Below are positions 49,916-60,663 of a DNA stretch of 64,000 nt, piece after piece (the stretch's first letter is position 1; the number at the start of each line of letters is the position of its first letter). The notes below the pieces were generated by a model, which was not told where the DNA came from, made no database searches, and was given only the letters and a program-made list of their open reading frames with translations. The translations under genes and the position numbers were made by a program. The DNA is taken from contig CBDHDG010000003.1 in NCBI GenBank assembly GCA_965261595.1, forward strand, positions 32,001 through 96,000, read 5' to 3'. The stretch comes from a bacterium (GTDB taxonomy: Bacteria; UBA8248; JACPRG01; G963555815).

Positions 49916-51436
49916 ATGTCCGACGCACTTCTGCGCATGGAAGAGATCACCAAGGTCTTTCCCGGCGTGATCGCCAACGACCGCGTGACGCTGGAAGTGG
50001 CCGCGGGAGAAGTGCACGCCCTCCTCGGGGAGAACGGCGCGGGCAAGACCACCCTGATGAACATCCTCACGGGCCTCTATCATCCGGACGGAGGGAAGAT
50101 CACCCTGGACGGCCGGGAGGTGAGCATCCCGTCGCCCAAGGCCGCTATCCGCCTGGGCATCGGGATGGTCCATCAGCACTTCATGCAGGTCCCGCCGTTC
50201 TCAGTGGTCCAAAACGTCGCGATGGGGTTGCGCGAGAGTAAAAATCCGGTCCTTCGGCTCGACCGGCTGGCTGAAGAGATCCGCGAGATGGCGGCGCGGT
50301 TCAATCTGGATCTGGACCCCTGGGCGATAACGGAAACCCTCCCCTTGGGGACGCGGCAGAAGATCGAGATCCTCAAGGCCCTGCACCGGAAGGCCCGCCT
50401 CCTGATCCTCGATGAGCCGAGCGCCGTGCTCACCCCTCAGGAGTTTGAGGAGCTCTCCCGGATCCTTCGAACGCTTGTGGACGAAGGTGTCTCCATGGTC
50501 TTCATCTCGCACAAGCTCGAAGAGGTGATGCAGGTGACCGACCGGGTGACGGTGATGCGTCAAGGCAAGGTCATCGACACCCTGCACACGGCCGACACCT
50601 CTCCCGCCGAATTGGCTCAAATGATGGTCGGCCGCCCCGTCGTCTTCGAGTTTCCGAAATCCGAAAAGGAACCCGGCGAGCCGGTGCTGGAGCTGGAAGA
50701 CCTTCGGGTGGAGGACGACAACGGCCTGGTCTCGCTCAAGGGCGCGAGTCTCTCGGTCCGGCGGGGCGAGATCCTCGGGATCGCGGGGGTGGACGGAAAC
50801 GGCCAGCGCGAATTGGCGGAGGTCATCTTCGGCTTGAGGAAACCGGCCTCGGGATCCGTTCGAATTCACGGGCGGGACATCAGCGGCTGGGCTCCCCGCG
50901 ATCTCACGGACAAAGGGGTGGGGCGCATCCCGGAAGACCGCCACGGCATGGGGCTGATACTGTCCTTGACGGTCCGGGAGAACCTCCATCTGGAACATTT
51001 TCAGAATTCTCCCTTCACGCGAAGAGGCTTCCTGAAGGGCAAAGTGATCGAGGAGAACAGCCGGCGGCTCGTCCGGTCTCACGACATCCGGCCCCAGTCG
51101 ACGGGCATCCGGGTGGGCGCCCTCTCCGGCGGCAACCAGCAGAAGGTCATCGTCGCCCGGGTGATGATGGAGGCGCCGGACGTGCTGATCGCGATGAACC
51201 CGACCCGGGGCCTGGACGTGGGGGCCGCGGCTTTCGTTTACGAGACCTTCCTGGAGCGGCGGGAAAAGGGAGGGGCCATCCTTCTCATCTCCAGCGAGCT
51301 GGCCGAGATCATGAGCCTGTGCGATCGGATCGCGGTCCTCTACGAGGGGCGTATTCAGGGAGAGGTCGACGGCGCGGAGGCGGACGAGCTGACGCTCGGG
51401 CTCTGGATGGCGGGGGTTTCCGGAGAGCCGGCCTGA
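49916..51436 (+). CDS. ABC transporter ATP-binding protein (two domains, nucleoside type)
   Basis: GENGAGKTT, MVHQHF, ILDEP, LSGGNQQK, PTRGLD. Confidence 0.95.
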   Translation: MSDALLRMEEITKVFPGVIANDRVTLEVAAGEVHALLGENGAGKTTLMNILTGLYHPDGGKITLDGREVSIPSPKAAIRLGIGMVHQHFMQVPPFSVVQNVAMGLRESKNPVLRLDRLAEEIREMAARFNLDLDPWAITETLPLGTRQKIEILKALHRKARLLILDEPSAVLTPQEFEELSRILRTLVDEGVSMVFISHKLEEVMQVTDRVTVMRQGKVIDTLHTADTSPAELAQMMVGRPVVFEFPKSEKEPGEPVLELEDLRVEDDNGLVSLKGASLSVRRGEILGIAGVDGNGQRELAEVIFGLRKPASGSVRIHGRDISGWAPRDLTDKGVGRIPEDRHGMGLILSLTVRENLHLEHFQNSPFTRRGFLKGKVIEENSRRLVRSHDIRPQSTGIRVGALSGGNQQKVIVARVMMEAPDVLIAMNPTRGLDVGAAAFVYETFLERREKGGAILLISSELAEIMSLCDRIAVLYEGRIQGEVDGAEADELTLGLWMAGVSGEPA

Positions 51437-52521
51437 TGGATAAAACTTCCCGGGCGAGCCGGATCCAATTCCTCGCGGCCTTTCAGGTGCTTTCCCCCCT
51501 GCTCGCCGTCGTCCTCGCGCTGCTGGCCGGCGGGATCATCATCGGCGCCATCGGGATCAATCCGCTGGGCGCGTACGCGGCCCTTTGGAACGGCGCTTTC
51601 GGAACGCCCGCCGGATTCGGCCTGTCCGTCACCCGAACCGTTCCCCTCCTGTTTGTGGGCCTCAGCGTATCGCTTGCTTTCCGGTGCGGGCTCTTCAATA
51701 TCGGGGGTGAAGGCCAGCTCTATATGGGGGCCCTGGCCTCCACGGCCCTGGCGGTTTTCCTTCCGGAAATGCCGTGGGCCATTCATTTCCCCATCATTTT
51801 GCTGGGAAGCTTCATCGCCGGGGGCGCCTGGGGAGCGGTCGCGGGATGGATGCGCGCCAAGTTCGGTCTCAGTGAGATCATCACGACGATCATGCTCAAC
51901 TACATCGCCTTCTGGATCGTGAGCTATCTGGTTCACGGTCCGATGCTGGACGAGTCGAGCTATTATCCGTGGTCCGCCGAGGTGCCAGAATCGACCCAAT
52001 TCCCGATCCTCCACGACCTGACGGGCATTCATATCGGCATCTTTCTGGCATTGGCCGCGGCCCTCGTCGTCTACGTTTTCTTGTGGCACACCAAAGTCGG
52101 GTTCGAGATCCGGGCGACGGGCGCCGGGATCTCCACCTCCCGGTTTGTCGGCATCCGCGTTGTCCGGAGCACGGTGCTGGCGATGTTCTTGGCGGGAGGC
52201 CTGGCCGGCCTCGCGGGCACGGCCGAGGTCCACGGCGTCCAGTTTCGTCTGAGTGATTTCTTCTCGCCCGGTTACGGGTTCACGGGGATCGCCGTCGCCC
52301 TGGTGGGGCGGACCCAGCCCTTTGGCGTGATTCTGGCCGCTCTTCTGTTTGGGTTGCTGGATTCGGGCTCCGACAACCTGCAACAAACCATGGGGGTTCC
52401 GTCGGCCGTCATTCAGATCGTCCAGGGATTGGCCATTGCGCTGCTCATCGCGGCCTCCTCGCAGGGTCTGATGAGAAAACTGTTGAAGAGACAGGAGCTT
52501 CGGTATGCTCGAGTCCCTTGA
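51436..52521 (+). CDS. ABC transporter permease
   Basis: GLFNIGGEGQ, EIITTIMLNY, GFEIRATG, GFTGIAVAL. Confidence 0.93.
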   Translation: MDKTSRASRIQFLAAFQVLSPLLAVVLALLAGGIIIGAIGINPLGAYAALWNGAFGTPAGFGLSVTRTVPLLFVGLSVSLAFRCGLFNIGGEGQLYMGALASTALAVFLPEMPWAIHFPIILLGSFIAGGAWGAVAGWMRAKFGLSEIITTIMLNYIAFWIVSYLVHGPMLDESSYYPWSAEVPESTQFPILHDLTGIHIGIFLALAAALVVYVFLWHTKVGFEIRATGAGISTSRFVGIRVVRSTVLAMFLAGGLAGLAGTAEVHGVQFRLSDFFSPGYGFTGIAVALVGRTQPFGVILAALLFGLLDSGSDNLQQTMGVPSAVIQIVQGLAIALLIAASSQGLMRKLLKRQELRYARVP

Positions 52522-53440
52522 ACAGCTTTTCTTCTCGGCCGATTTGATCTCCGCCACGGTCCGGCTGTCTATCCCCCTGGTGTTCTTGAGCGTGGGAGAG
52601 TTGTTCGCCGAGCGCTCCGGCGTCGTCAACATCGGCCTGGAGGGCATGATGTTGTGCGGCGCGTTCGCGGCGGTTGTGGGAGCGTTCCTGTTCGGAAACC
52701 CCTGGTGGGGCGTTGTAGCCGCGATCATGGCGGGCGCCCTTTTCGCCCTTCTTCTCGCCTACGTTTCCGTCTCGCTGGCTGGCGACCAGATTGTGACCGG
52801 AATCGCCTTGAACATCGCGGCCCTGGGATTGACGACCTTCCTGAGCCGCACGCTTTGGGGCGTGGGAAAGAATCCCAACGTCTCCGGATTCAAGCCGGTG
52901 GAAATTCCCGGCCTCACGGACATCCCGGTCCTCGGCGAGATCTTCTTCCATCACTCCCCCCTGGCGTACGTTGCGTTCCTGATTCTGCCCGTCGCGGCCT
53001 GGGTCCTGTTCCGAACCCGATGGGGCCTTCACATCAACGCGGTCGGAGAGTCCCCGCGCGCCGCGGACAGCATGGGCATCTCGGTTTCCGGGGTTCGCTA
53101 TCTGACGATCGTCATCTCCGGCATGCTCGCCGGCGTCGGCGGCGCCTATCTCTCCATCAGCCAACTGGATTCCTTCGTGGAAGGCATGACGGGCGGGCGG
53201 GGGTTCATTGCCCTGGCCATCGTGATCGTGGCCAAGTGGTTTCCGTACCGCGCGGCGGCCGTGGCCCTTCTGTTCGGGGCCACCGAAGCCCTGAGCCTGC
53301 GGTTGGAGGCGCTGGGCTTCCCGGTTTCATTTCACATTCTCCGCATGCTGCCCTACCTGTTGACCCTGCTGGTGTACGCCGGCGTCGTCGGCAATACCCG
53401 CATGCCAGCGGCCATCACCCAACCCTACATAAAGGATTGA
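52505..53440 (+). CDS. ABC transporter permease
   Basis: ERSGVVNIGLEG, VGESPRAADSMG, GRGFIALA, LPY. Confidence 0.93.
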   Translation: MLESLEQLFFSADLISATVRLSIPLVFLSVGELFAERSGVVNIGLEGMMLCGAFAAVVGAFLFGNPWWGVVAAIMAGALFALLLAYVSVSLAGDQIVTGIALNIAALGLTTFLSRTLWGVGKNPNVSGFKPVEIPGLTDIPVLGEIFFHHSPLAYVAFLILPVAAWVLFRTRWGLHINAVGESPRAADSMGISVSGVRYLTIVISGMLAGVGGAYLSISQLDSFVEGMTGGRGFIALAIVIVAKWFPYRAAAVALLFGATEALSLRLEALGFPVSFHILRMLPYLLTLLVYAGVVGNTRMPAAITQPYIKD

Positions 53441-53447
53441 GGCCCCC

Positions 53448-54806
53448 ATGAGCACAACGCTGATCCGGGATATCGATCTTCTGGTCACCGACATTGATGA
53501 GGAGCCCCTCCAGGGCGCGAGCCTGCTCATCGAAGGGGCGACAGTCCGGTCGATCGGGGCGGACGTCGCCTCTGATATCCAGCCCGACCGGACGATTGAC
53601 GGGCGCGGACATCTCTTCATGCCGGGGTTGATCAACACCCACCATCACTTCTACCAGTCGCTGACGCGCAACCTGCCCAAGACGCAGGACGCGAAACTTT
53701 TCGATTGGATCGTCGAGAACTTCAAGATCTGGCGCAACCTGGACCACGAAATGGCGGCCTCGGCCGGCAGGACCATCGCGGTCGAGCTTCTCTTGTCCGG
53801 CTGCACGACGGCGGTCGATCATTGCTACATCCATCCGAGGCGTTCCCCCGAGATTGCCGCTTATGAGATCCGGGCGGTGCGGGACGTCGGACTCCGGTTC
53901 CATTTGGCCCGGGGGGCGCTCTCGCCGGGGTTCGACCTCGACCCCGAAATCGTCCAGGAAGACGACGCCGTCCACAAGGCGACCCAGTCGTTGATCGAGG
54001 AATGGCACGAAGCCGAGCCCTGCGGGATGACGCGGATCTGCGTCGGCCCCTGCGCGCCCTTCAACGCGAGCGCGGACCTTTACCGCGAATCCAGGAAGAT
54101 GGCCGACAGCTATCCGGGCGTTCAGTGTCACACCCACCTGGCGGAGACGAAGGACGAGGAGGAATATTGCACGCACCATTTGGGCAAGCGGCCCTTCGAC
54201 TTCATGGAAGACGTGGGGTGGATGGACGAGCGTTGCTTTCACGCCCACAGCGTCTGGCTGAGCGGCGACGAGGTCAAAAAGATGGCCGGACTCGGCGGCG
54301 GCGTCGCGCATTGCCCGGTGAGCAACATGCGGCTGAGCTCGGGCATCGCCCCGGTGGTGGACATGCTCCGGGCCGGGGTGAACGTGGGCCTGGGGGTGGA
54401 CGGAAGCGCCAGCAACGACAGCTCGCACCTCTTCAACGAGGCCCGCCAGAGCCTGCTGATCCAGCGGATCCGGTACTCCGAGTCCGACATCTCGGCGCGC
54501 GACGTTTTGAGGATGGGGACCAAGACGGGGGCGGCGGTGCTGGGCAGGGACGACATCGGCGTCCTGGCCCCCGGCAAGGCGGCGGACGTGATCGGCGTGA
54601 ACCTGAACCAGATCCAGTTCGCCGGGGCGAACCACGACTACGTGGCGGCGCTGGTCTTCTGCGGTGTGCCGAAGGTGGACTATTCCATCGTGAACGGCGA
54701 GCTGAGGGTCGACAAGGGCGAGGTGGTCGGCGTGGACATCGGGCAGGTCATCGCCAAGCAGAACGAAATGGCGCTCAAGCTGGTGCGGAAAGCGGCGGGA
54801 TCTTAG
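53448..54806 (+). CDS. 8-oxoguanine deaminase-like amidohydrolase
   Basis: PGLINTHHHFYQSLTR, GPCAPF, HTHLAE, HCPVSNMRL, GVDGSASND. Confidence 0.85.
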   Translation: MSTTLIRDIDLLVTDIDEEPLQGASLLIEGATVRSIGADVASDIQPDRTIDGRGHLFMPGLINTHHHFYQSLTRNLPKTQDAKLFDWIVENFKIWRNLDHEMAASAGRTIAVELLLSGCTTAVDHCYIHPRRSPEIAAYEIRAVRDVGLRFHLARGALSPGFDLDPEIVQEDDAVHKATQSLIEEWHEAEPCGMTRICVGPCAPFNASADLYRESRKMADSYPGVQCHTHLAETKDEEEYCTHHLGKRPFDFMEDVGWMDERCFHAHSVWLSGDEVKKMAGLGGGVAHCPVSNMRLSSGIAPVVDMLRAGVNVGLGVDGSASNDSSHLFNEARQSLLIQRIRYSESDISARDVLRMGTKTGAAVLGRDDIGVLAPGKAADVIGVNLNQIQFAGANHDYVAALVFCGVPKVDYSIVNGELRVDKGEVVGVDIGQVIAKQNEMALKLVRKAAGS

Positions 54807-54842
54807 TTCATAAGCGGTTGCGATGGAAGCTGGTCGGCCAGA

Positions 54843-55667
54843 TTAATCCCTTGTCTTTACAATCCGCCCGTAAAGCTCCGGCTTTCGCCACGAATCCATC
54901 AGCCCCGGAATCGTTCGGTACGGCTTGGGCATGACCAGGTCCTCTTTGGTTTCGCGCAAAACCTTCAGCCGGTCGAGGTCCAGATCGGCGACGATCAGTC
55001 CCGGCGTGTCCCGTTCGACCAAAAGACCTTCCGGCCCGGCGATGGCCGCGATGCCTCTTTCCATCCCGAACAGGTTCTGGCACATGACGGAGTAGACGTA
55101 GTTCTCGATGGCCCGCGCCCGGACCAATATCCGCCACGACTCGGAGACCTCGTAGAACATCCCGCCCGCGGGATAAAAGATGATGTCCGCCCCGTCAAGG
55201 GCGAGAACCCGCGACATCTCGGGCGAGAAGATCTCCGAGCAGACCTGAAGCCCGACGTTGCCGTGAGGGGTTTCCAGGATTTTCAGCTCGTCCCCTTCCC
55301 GGACGTGGCGTCCGAAGAGAGGAAGGTCCACGCCGTCGCCCGCGCTCTGACAACGTTTGTACCGGTAGGCCCTCTTCCCTTCGGGTGTGTAGAAATCGAG
55401 CAGGTTGTAAAAGGCGTCGGGACCGGCCTCCTTCAAGCCCCCGGCGAGAACGTAGATGCTGTGTTCCTTCGCGGCGTCGGCCAGCGCTTCGGTGGGGTCG
55501 AAATCCATCGAGCCGGAATAAGGCCCGGGATAGCCCTCCGGGAAACAGATGAACTTTGCCCCTTCTTCCCCCGCCTGGCGGATGTACTTAAGCGCGACAG
55601 GCAGGTTTTCCGGCTCCCGTTCCTTCTGAAACGTCATCGGCTGGGCGGCGGCCACGCGAACTTTCAT
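54843..55667 (-). CDS. Carbon-nitrogen hydrolase (nitrilase superfamily)
   Basis: CFPE, YKR, QVCSE, RARAIEN. Confidence 0.88.
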   Translation of the reverse strand: MKVRVAAAQPMTFQKEREPENLPVALKYIRQAGEEGAKFICFPEGYPGPYSGSMDFDPTEALADAAKEHSIYVLAGGLKEAGPDAFYNLLDFYTPEGKRAYRYKRCQSAGDGVDLPLFGRHVREGDELKILETPHGNVGLQVCSEIFSPEMSRVLALDGADIIFYPAGGMFYEVSESWRILVRARAIENYVYSVMCQNLFGMERGIAAIAGPEGLLVERDTPGLIVADLDLDRLKVLRETKEDLVMPKPYRTIPGLMDSWRKPELYGRIVKTRD

Positions 55668-55834
55668 GATTGATCCTCTCCGGGCGATTCCCCGCTCTTC
55701 GCGACGGCGGCGGGTCGGCGATTCTCCGCTTGGATTGGGCGTTCGGTTTTGTGAATACAGCTCCGGGCATTGTATACGACTGCGGCGCTGCCGTCGGCTG
55801 AAATTCCGGCCGGACCCGGCGCCTCAATCGCTCC

Positions 55835-57103
55835 TCATTCCACAAATTCTGTGGCCCGCTGATTGCGCGCCACCAACCTTCCGCGTTTGATCACGTGGCT
55901 TTTCTCCGATTGCGACCGGATGGCCTCGACGGCTGATGGCGCGTCGAACACCACCAGGTCCGCACGCTTGCAGACCTCGATTCCGTAGGTCTCCTCAATT
56001 CCCAGGACGCGGGCGGCGTTTTTCGTTCCCATCTCAAAAATGGTGTTCAACTCGTCATCCGACCCCAGGTGCGCCGCCTGGGCCGCGATGAGCCCTTCCA
56101 AAAGGAGGTCTCCGTTGCCGAATGGATTGAAGGCGTCCCGGACGTCGTTCGAGGCGTATGCCACGTTCACCCCCGCATCCAGAAACTCCTTCACCCGCGT
56201 CAAACCGCGCCTCACGTCCTTCGGGTCGTCCCGCCCCTGTCGATACAACTGGGCGGAGGCGAACACGAGGACATTCAGCCGGGCGCGGCGGACGGCCTCG
56301 ATGGCCCGCCCGGCCTCGCGGGGGCTCATCGAGTCGAGCGCGCAGAGGTGGCCCACCGACACCCGTCCCTCGTATCCCGCGGCGAGCGTCCGCTCGATGA
56401 CGCCCCAAACCTCCAATTTCTCGGCCGGCCGCTCATCGAGGAGATCCATGTCCAAGGAGAAATGGAGGCGGCAGCCGCGCGATTGCGCCAGGCCGAAGAG
56501 GAGGTCGAGGTGCGGATCGAGGTCCGAATCGAAAGCGGGGGCGCCTCCCAGAACGTCCGCGCCCAGGACCAGGGCCTCGCGCAGGAGGTCCAGGGTTCCG
56601 GGCGCGCGGACGACGCCGAATTGGGGATAGGCCAAAATCTGGAGGTCCAGGCGCGGGGAGAATTCCTCCTTGAGGCGGAGGAAAAGCTCGACGCGCTTTG
56701 TTCCAATTTCCGGGTAAACATCCGCGACGCCGCGGAGAACCGTTGTCCCGTGCCGAACGGCCTGAGAGAGAAACCGCCGGGCCCGCCGCTCGATCGCGTC
56801 CAGGCCCATGACGCCGGCGGCCCCCTGTGTCAGGTCGAGAAGGTCCCGCTCCCCGAAGGCGTCCGGGCGAAAGCCGGCTTCGTCGGCAAGGTGGACCTTG
56901 TCCAGGTAGACGTGGGCGTCGACAAACGCGGGGGCGACGAGTCTCCCATCGACCTCGAGGGTCGAAGCGCCGGGCCGCGCGATGGATTCGGAAATTTCCC
57001 GGATCGCGCCCCCAACGATTGCGATATCCAGCGGGCCCCGGCCGTCAGGCAGCCGGCACCGCCGGAGGACGAGGTCCCCATCGCCGTTTGGAGTTGATTC
57101 CAT
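55835..57103 (-). CDS. Cytosine-deaminase-like amidohydrolase homolog with substituted metal ligands
   Basis: CodA-like framework (QILAYPQ, LGGAP, RGLTRVKE, PFGNGD, ADLVV), but DAHVYLDK in place of HxH. Confidence 0.8.
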   Translation of the reverse strand: MESTPNGDGDLVLRRCRLPDGRGPLDIAIVGGAIREISESIARPGASTLEVDGRLVAPAFVDAHVYLDKVHLADEAGFRPDAFGERDLLDLTQGAAGVMGLDAIERRARRFLSQAVRHGTTVLRGVADVYPEIGTKRVELFLRLKEEFSPRLDLQILAYPQFGVVRAPGTLDLLREALVLGADVLGGAPAFDSDLDPHLDLLFGLAQSRGCRLHFSLDMDLLDERPAEKLEVWGVIERTLAAGYEGRVSVGHLCALDSMSPREAGRAIEAVRRARLNVLVFASAQLYRQGRDDPKDVRRGLTRVKEFLDAGVNVAYASNDVRDAFNPFGNGDLLLEGLIAAQAAHLGSDDELNTIFEMGTKNAARVLGIEETYGIEVCKRADLVVFDAPSAVEAIRSQSEKSHVIKRGRLVARNQRATEFVE

Positions 57104-57384
57104 TTTCCGACATCCCATCGAAGCTTTTGAAACGCGGCGCCGTCCCCCTTCAACCATAGCAAAGGAACCGGATTGACAGAAAGCCCGCACCCCCTCATAT
57201 GTCGCGGTGAAGGGCTCCTGAATCGGTTGATGAATGCCCGGCGGGACTTGTTTCACCCCCCCGCCCCCGAGCGCTTGACAGTGAAACGACGCCGGATTCA
57301 AGATGGAGCCGCGTATGGATTTTGCGGGGTCGACGAAGGCGTTGGACCGATGGGTCGGATCGGGGAAAGGGAAATTTGCCTACC

Positions 57385-58203
57385 GTGAGCGCGGATGAGC
57401 CGCTTTATGACGTCCGGGGGCCGAAGCTTTTGGGCGAGATGACCTCGCCCGAAGTCGCGGACGTCCTCGAACAATCCAGTTTGGCGATCATCGCGGCCGG
57501 TTCGACCGAGCAGCACGGGCCGCATCTGCCCCTTTGGACGGATGCCTTTTCCGGCGAGACGCTTTGCAGGCGGGTGATCGCGCGTCTTCGGGAAGAGGGA
57601 CAGACGGCCGTCGGCACGGTCATCCCCTATGCCCCGACCTCCGACCGGATGCGCTGGCCCGGCACCTTGACGGTTTCGAACGATACGTTCCTCGCCCTGG
57701 CCCGGGACATCGGACGCAGCCTTTTCCGCCACGGGTTTAGACGCCAGGTCTGGCTCGTCTGCCATCTGGACAGCCATGGACCCCTGCTCGTCGTCGCGCG
57801 GGATTTGGTGGACGAGTTGGGCGCGCAAGCGGCGGTCTTGTGGGGCTGGCTTCGCGTTGGCGACTACGACGCCCGCCACGACCTCTCGACGGCCGAATCC
57901 CCGGGGGCGGACGGTCACGCGGGCGAGATGGAGACCTCGCGGGTCCTGGTTTCCCATCCCGGTCTGGTCGATGAGAGCCGCATGGGCAGTTATTTCCCCG
58001 AGGGCGCAAAAGAGAAAATCCCCTTTGACGAAATCTCCCTCAACGGCGGGGCGTTATTCGCGCCCCCGGCGGACTTCGGCGCGGTCTCCCCGGCAGGGTT
58101 CGTGGGCCGGGCCGACCTGGCGACGGCGGAGAAAGGGGAGAAAGAATTCGAGTTGGCGGTGGACTGGATTTGCCGCGTGATCCGGCGGGATTTCCTCTCA
58201 TGA
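57385..58203 (+). CDS. Creatininase family protein
   Basis: GSTEQHGPHLP.TD, PGTL, HAGEMETS, ATAEKG. Confidence 0.88.
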   Translation: MSADEPLYDVRGPKLLGEMTSPEVADVLEQSSLAIIAAGSTEQHGPHLPLWTDAFSGETLCRRVIARLREEGQTAVGTVIPYAPTSDRMRWPGTLTVSNDTFLALARDIGRSLFRHGFRRQVWLVCHLDSHGPLLVVARDLVDELGAQAAVLWGWLRVGDYDARHDLSTAESPGADGHAGEMETSRVLVSHPGLVDESRMGSYFPEGAKEKIPFDEISLNGGALFAPPADFGAVSPAGFVGRADLATAEKGEKEFELAVDWICRVIRRDFLS

Positions 58204-58272
58204 CGTTCCTGATCTGATTTCCAGTCCCGATCCCCGGCGGGGCCGGGTCAGCGTATTGAAGGAGACAACACC

Positions 58273-59853
58273 GTGGCGGAAACGTACGACATCATCGTGA
58301 TCGGCGGAGGACACAACGGACTGGCTTTGGCCGGCTATCTGGCCAAGGCGGGGGAGAGCGTCCTCGTTCTGGAACGGCGCGACATCTACGGCGGCGGCGT
58401 CATCTCAGAAGAGCTCATCCCCGGTTTCACGATGAGCACCCACGCGATGAACCACCACTGGCTTCATATCGGACCGGTGTACAAAGACCTGGAGCTGAAG
58501 AAGTACGGCTCCGAGTATGTCTTCCCCGACATCATCTCGACGCATCTGTGGAAGGACGGGGAGAGCATCTCCGTCTATCGGGACATGGACCGGACGGCCA
58601 AAGAGATCGCCCGGTTCTCCGAGGCGGACGCCAAGTCCTATAAAGAGTGGATCTTGTCCATGAAGGACGCATTCGCGCTCTTCGCCAAGAGTTTTTTTTC
58701 GTCTCCACTTCCAGGCTCGGAGGTGTTCCGCTTGTACGAGGATCTCCCCAACGGCCAGGAAGTCGTAAAAACCCTGGCCATGAGCATGGCGGACGTGGCC
58801 GAGGAGTTGTTCGTTCATGAGCGCACCAAGACGTTTTTCCTGGGTTATTGTCTCCAGACGCTGAATCACTACGGTGCCAAGGGATCGGGCGCCGTGCCGA
58901 TCACGCTGATCGTCAACCAGCACCTGTCCACGGGAAACGCCATGGCCGTGGGCGGGGCGGGAACCATGACGAGGGCGATGGTCGGCTTCCTGGAGCGCCA
59001 CGGCGGGAAGGTGCGGACGAACGCGCACGTTTCGGAAGTCATCCTGGAGGGGGGAGGGGGGCGAGCGGTCGGCGTCCGGTTGGAGAACGGGGAGCGGATC
59101 GACGCCCGCAAGGCCGTCGCGAGCAACGTAGAGCCGGGCCAGCTCCTCCTCGACCTGGTCGGGGAGGAGAAGCTGGAGGAAAAATATACGAAGAAGGTCA
59201 AGAACTTCCAGTGGAATTATTTCGGAATGTTCGCGGTGAACGTCGCCTTGGACGAAGACGTGAGCTACCGGGCGGACAATCCGTCTGTCAACGAGTCATA
59301 CAACGTCGTCCTGGGACGGGAGGATTTCGAGGACATCAAGCGCGAGTACCGCCAAATGGAGGACGGCATGCCGGTCAGCCCGCCCTGTTACACCGTTTTG
59401 CATCCGACCCGATTGGACGCGAGCCAGGCGCCCCCCGGAAAGCACGTCATCGCCATCTGGCAATACGCGCCCCACGACCTTCAGGGCGGGGCGGAGAAGT
59501 GGGATGAGATCAAGGAGGAGTACGCTGACGAGTGCGTGGGGATGTTGAGCGGCTTCGCGCCCAACGTCAAGCCGTCCACCATTCTGGGCCGATTTGTCAT
59601 GTCCCCAAGGGATATCTGGAGGACAAACATCTGCATGATCAAAGGGGATACGATGGGCGGACGGCTCACCCAGGACCAGATGGGCATCCTGCGGCCCTTT
59701 CCCGGCGAGCGGGCTTATCGGACGCCCATCGAAGGTCTCTATCTCTGCGGGCCGAGCACGCACCCGCGGGGGGGCTGCCACGCCGCCAACGGATACAACT
59801 GCGTCAACGCGATGGCGGAAGACCTGGGCATTCCGAAATGGTGGGCGAAGTAG
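58273..59853 (+). CDS. Phytoene-desaturase-like NAD(P)/FAD oxidoreductase
   Basis: IGGGHNGL, LERR...GG, YRTPIEGLYLCGPSTHPRGG. Confidence 0.9.
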   Translation: MAETYDIIVIGGGHNGLALAGYLAKAGESVLVLERRDIYGGGVISEELIPGFTMSTHAMNHHWLHIGPVYKDLELKKYGSEYVFPDIISTHLWKDGESISVYRDMDRTAKEIARFSEADAKSYKEWILSMKDAFALFAKSFFSSPLPGSEVFRLYEDLPNGQEVVKTLAMSMADVAEELFVHERTKTFFLGYCLQTLNHYGAKGSGAVPITLIVNQHLSTGNAMAVGGAGTMTRAMVGFLERHGGKVRTNAHVSEVILEGGGGRAVGVRLENGERIDARKAVASNVEPGQLLLDLVGEEKLEEKYTKKVKNFQWNYFGMFAVNVALDEDVSYRADNPSVNESYNVVLGREDFEDIKREYRQMEDGMPVSPPCYTVLHPTRLDASQAPPGKHVIAIWQYAPHDLQGGAEKWDEIKEEYADECVGMLSGFAPNVKPSTILGRFVMSPRDIWRTNICMIKGDTMGGRLTQDQMGILRPFPGERAYRTPIEGLYLCGPSTHPRGGCHAANGYNCVNAMAEDLGIPKWWAK

Positions 59854-59915
59854 GTTCAACTTCGCTTGGAGACGGTTGCACCGCCGGGAAGGTGTAGACG
59901 CCCAAAAAGGTTCGG

Positions 59916-60554
59916 TCAGGTCTTCTTCGGGTTTTCCGTTTTCTCCATGAATGCCGCCCAGGTGACGTCCTGGTTGATGCGGTCTTCGGTCCGGCAGTAG
60001 AGGGGGCCGTAGTATCGGCCGATGGGCGCGAAATCGGGAGAGACGTACCCATCCTTCATGATCTCGTCCGCCACGTGAAAGTGGACGACCTCGCCGAACA
60101 GGACGGTCCAGCGCGCGTCGGGGTCCCCCAGACAGAGCGTCTTGTAGAGCTGGCATTCCATTTGAATGGGGGATTCCGCGATGCGCGGCGGTTTGACTTT
60201 GACGCTCGGCAGGGCGGTCAATCCCGCCTCTTCAATTTCGGAGACGCCGCGGTCAAAATCCCGCGCCGAGACCAGCATCGCCTCCATCACCTTCTCGGTC
60301 ACCACGTTGACGACGAATTCGCCGGTCTCGACGATGTTGCTCCGGGTGTCCTTCTCCTGGTCTTCGCGGCGGGCGGTCGAGATCGAGATGATGGGCGGTG
60401 AGGTGCAGTGGATCATGAAAAAGCTGAACGGGGCCAGGTTGGCCGCGCTGGCCGCGTCAAGGCTGCTCACCCAGGCGATGGGCCGGGGAATGACGCATGC
60501 CTGGAGGAGCCGGTAAACATCCTTCCGATCGGAGGTCTTCGGGTCCAGGTCCAT
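59916..60554 (-). CDS. Flavin reductase-like protein
   Basis: PRPIAWVSS, NLAPFSFF, KDTRSNI, GEFVVN, ESPIQMEC. Confidence 0.9.
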   Translation of the reverse strand: MDLDPKTSDRKDVYRLLQACVIPRPIAWVSSLDAASAANLAPFSFFMIHCTSPPIISISTARREDQEKDTRSNIVETGEFVVNVVTEKVMEAMLVSARDFDRGVSEIEEAGLTALPSVKVKPPRIAESPIQMECQLYKTLCLGDPDARWTVLFGEVVHFHVADEIMKDGYVSPDFAPIGRYYGPLYCRTEDRINQDVTWAAFMEKTENPKKT

Positions 60555-60663
60555 TGTTTTCCGTTCCGGCTGGTGTCGGCAGGCCGGCCGGGAGTCTCGC
60601 ACTCGGTTTTCCAACCCGGGCGGGACGCCCGGCCTGCCTATTCACGCGGCGCCGGGTCCTCAG

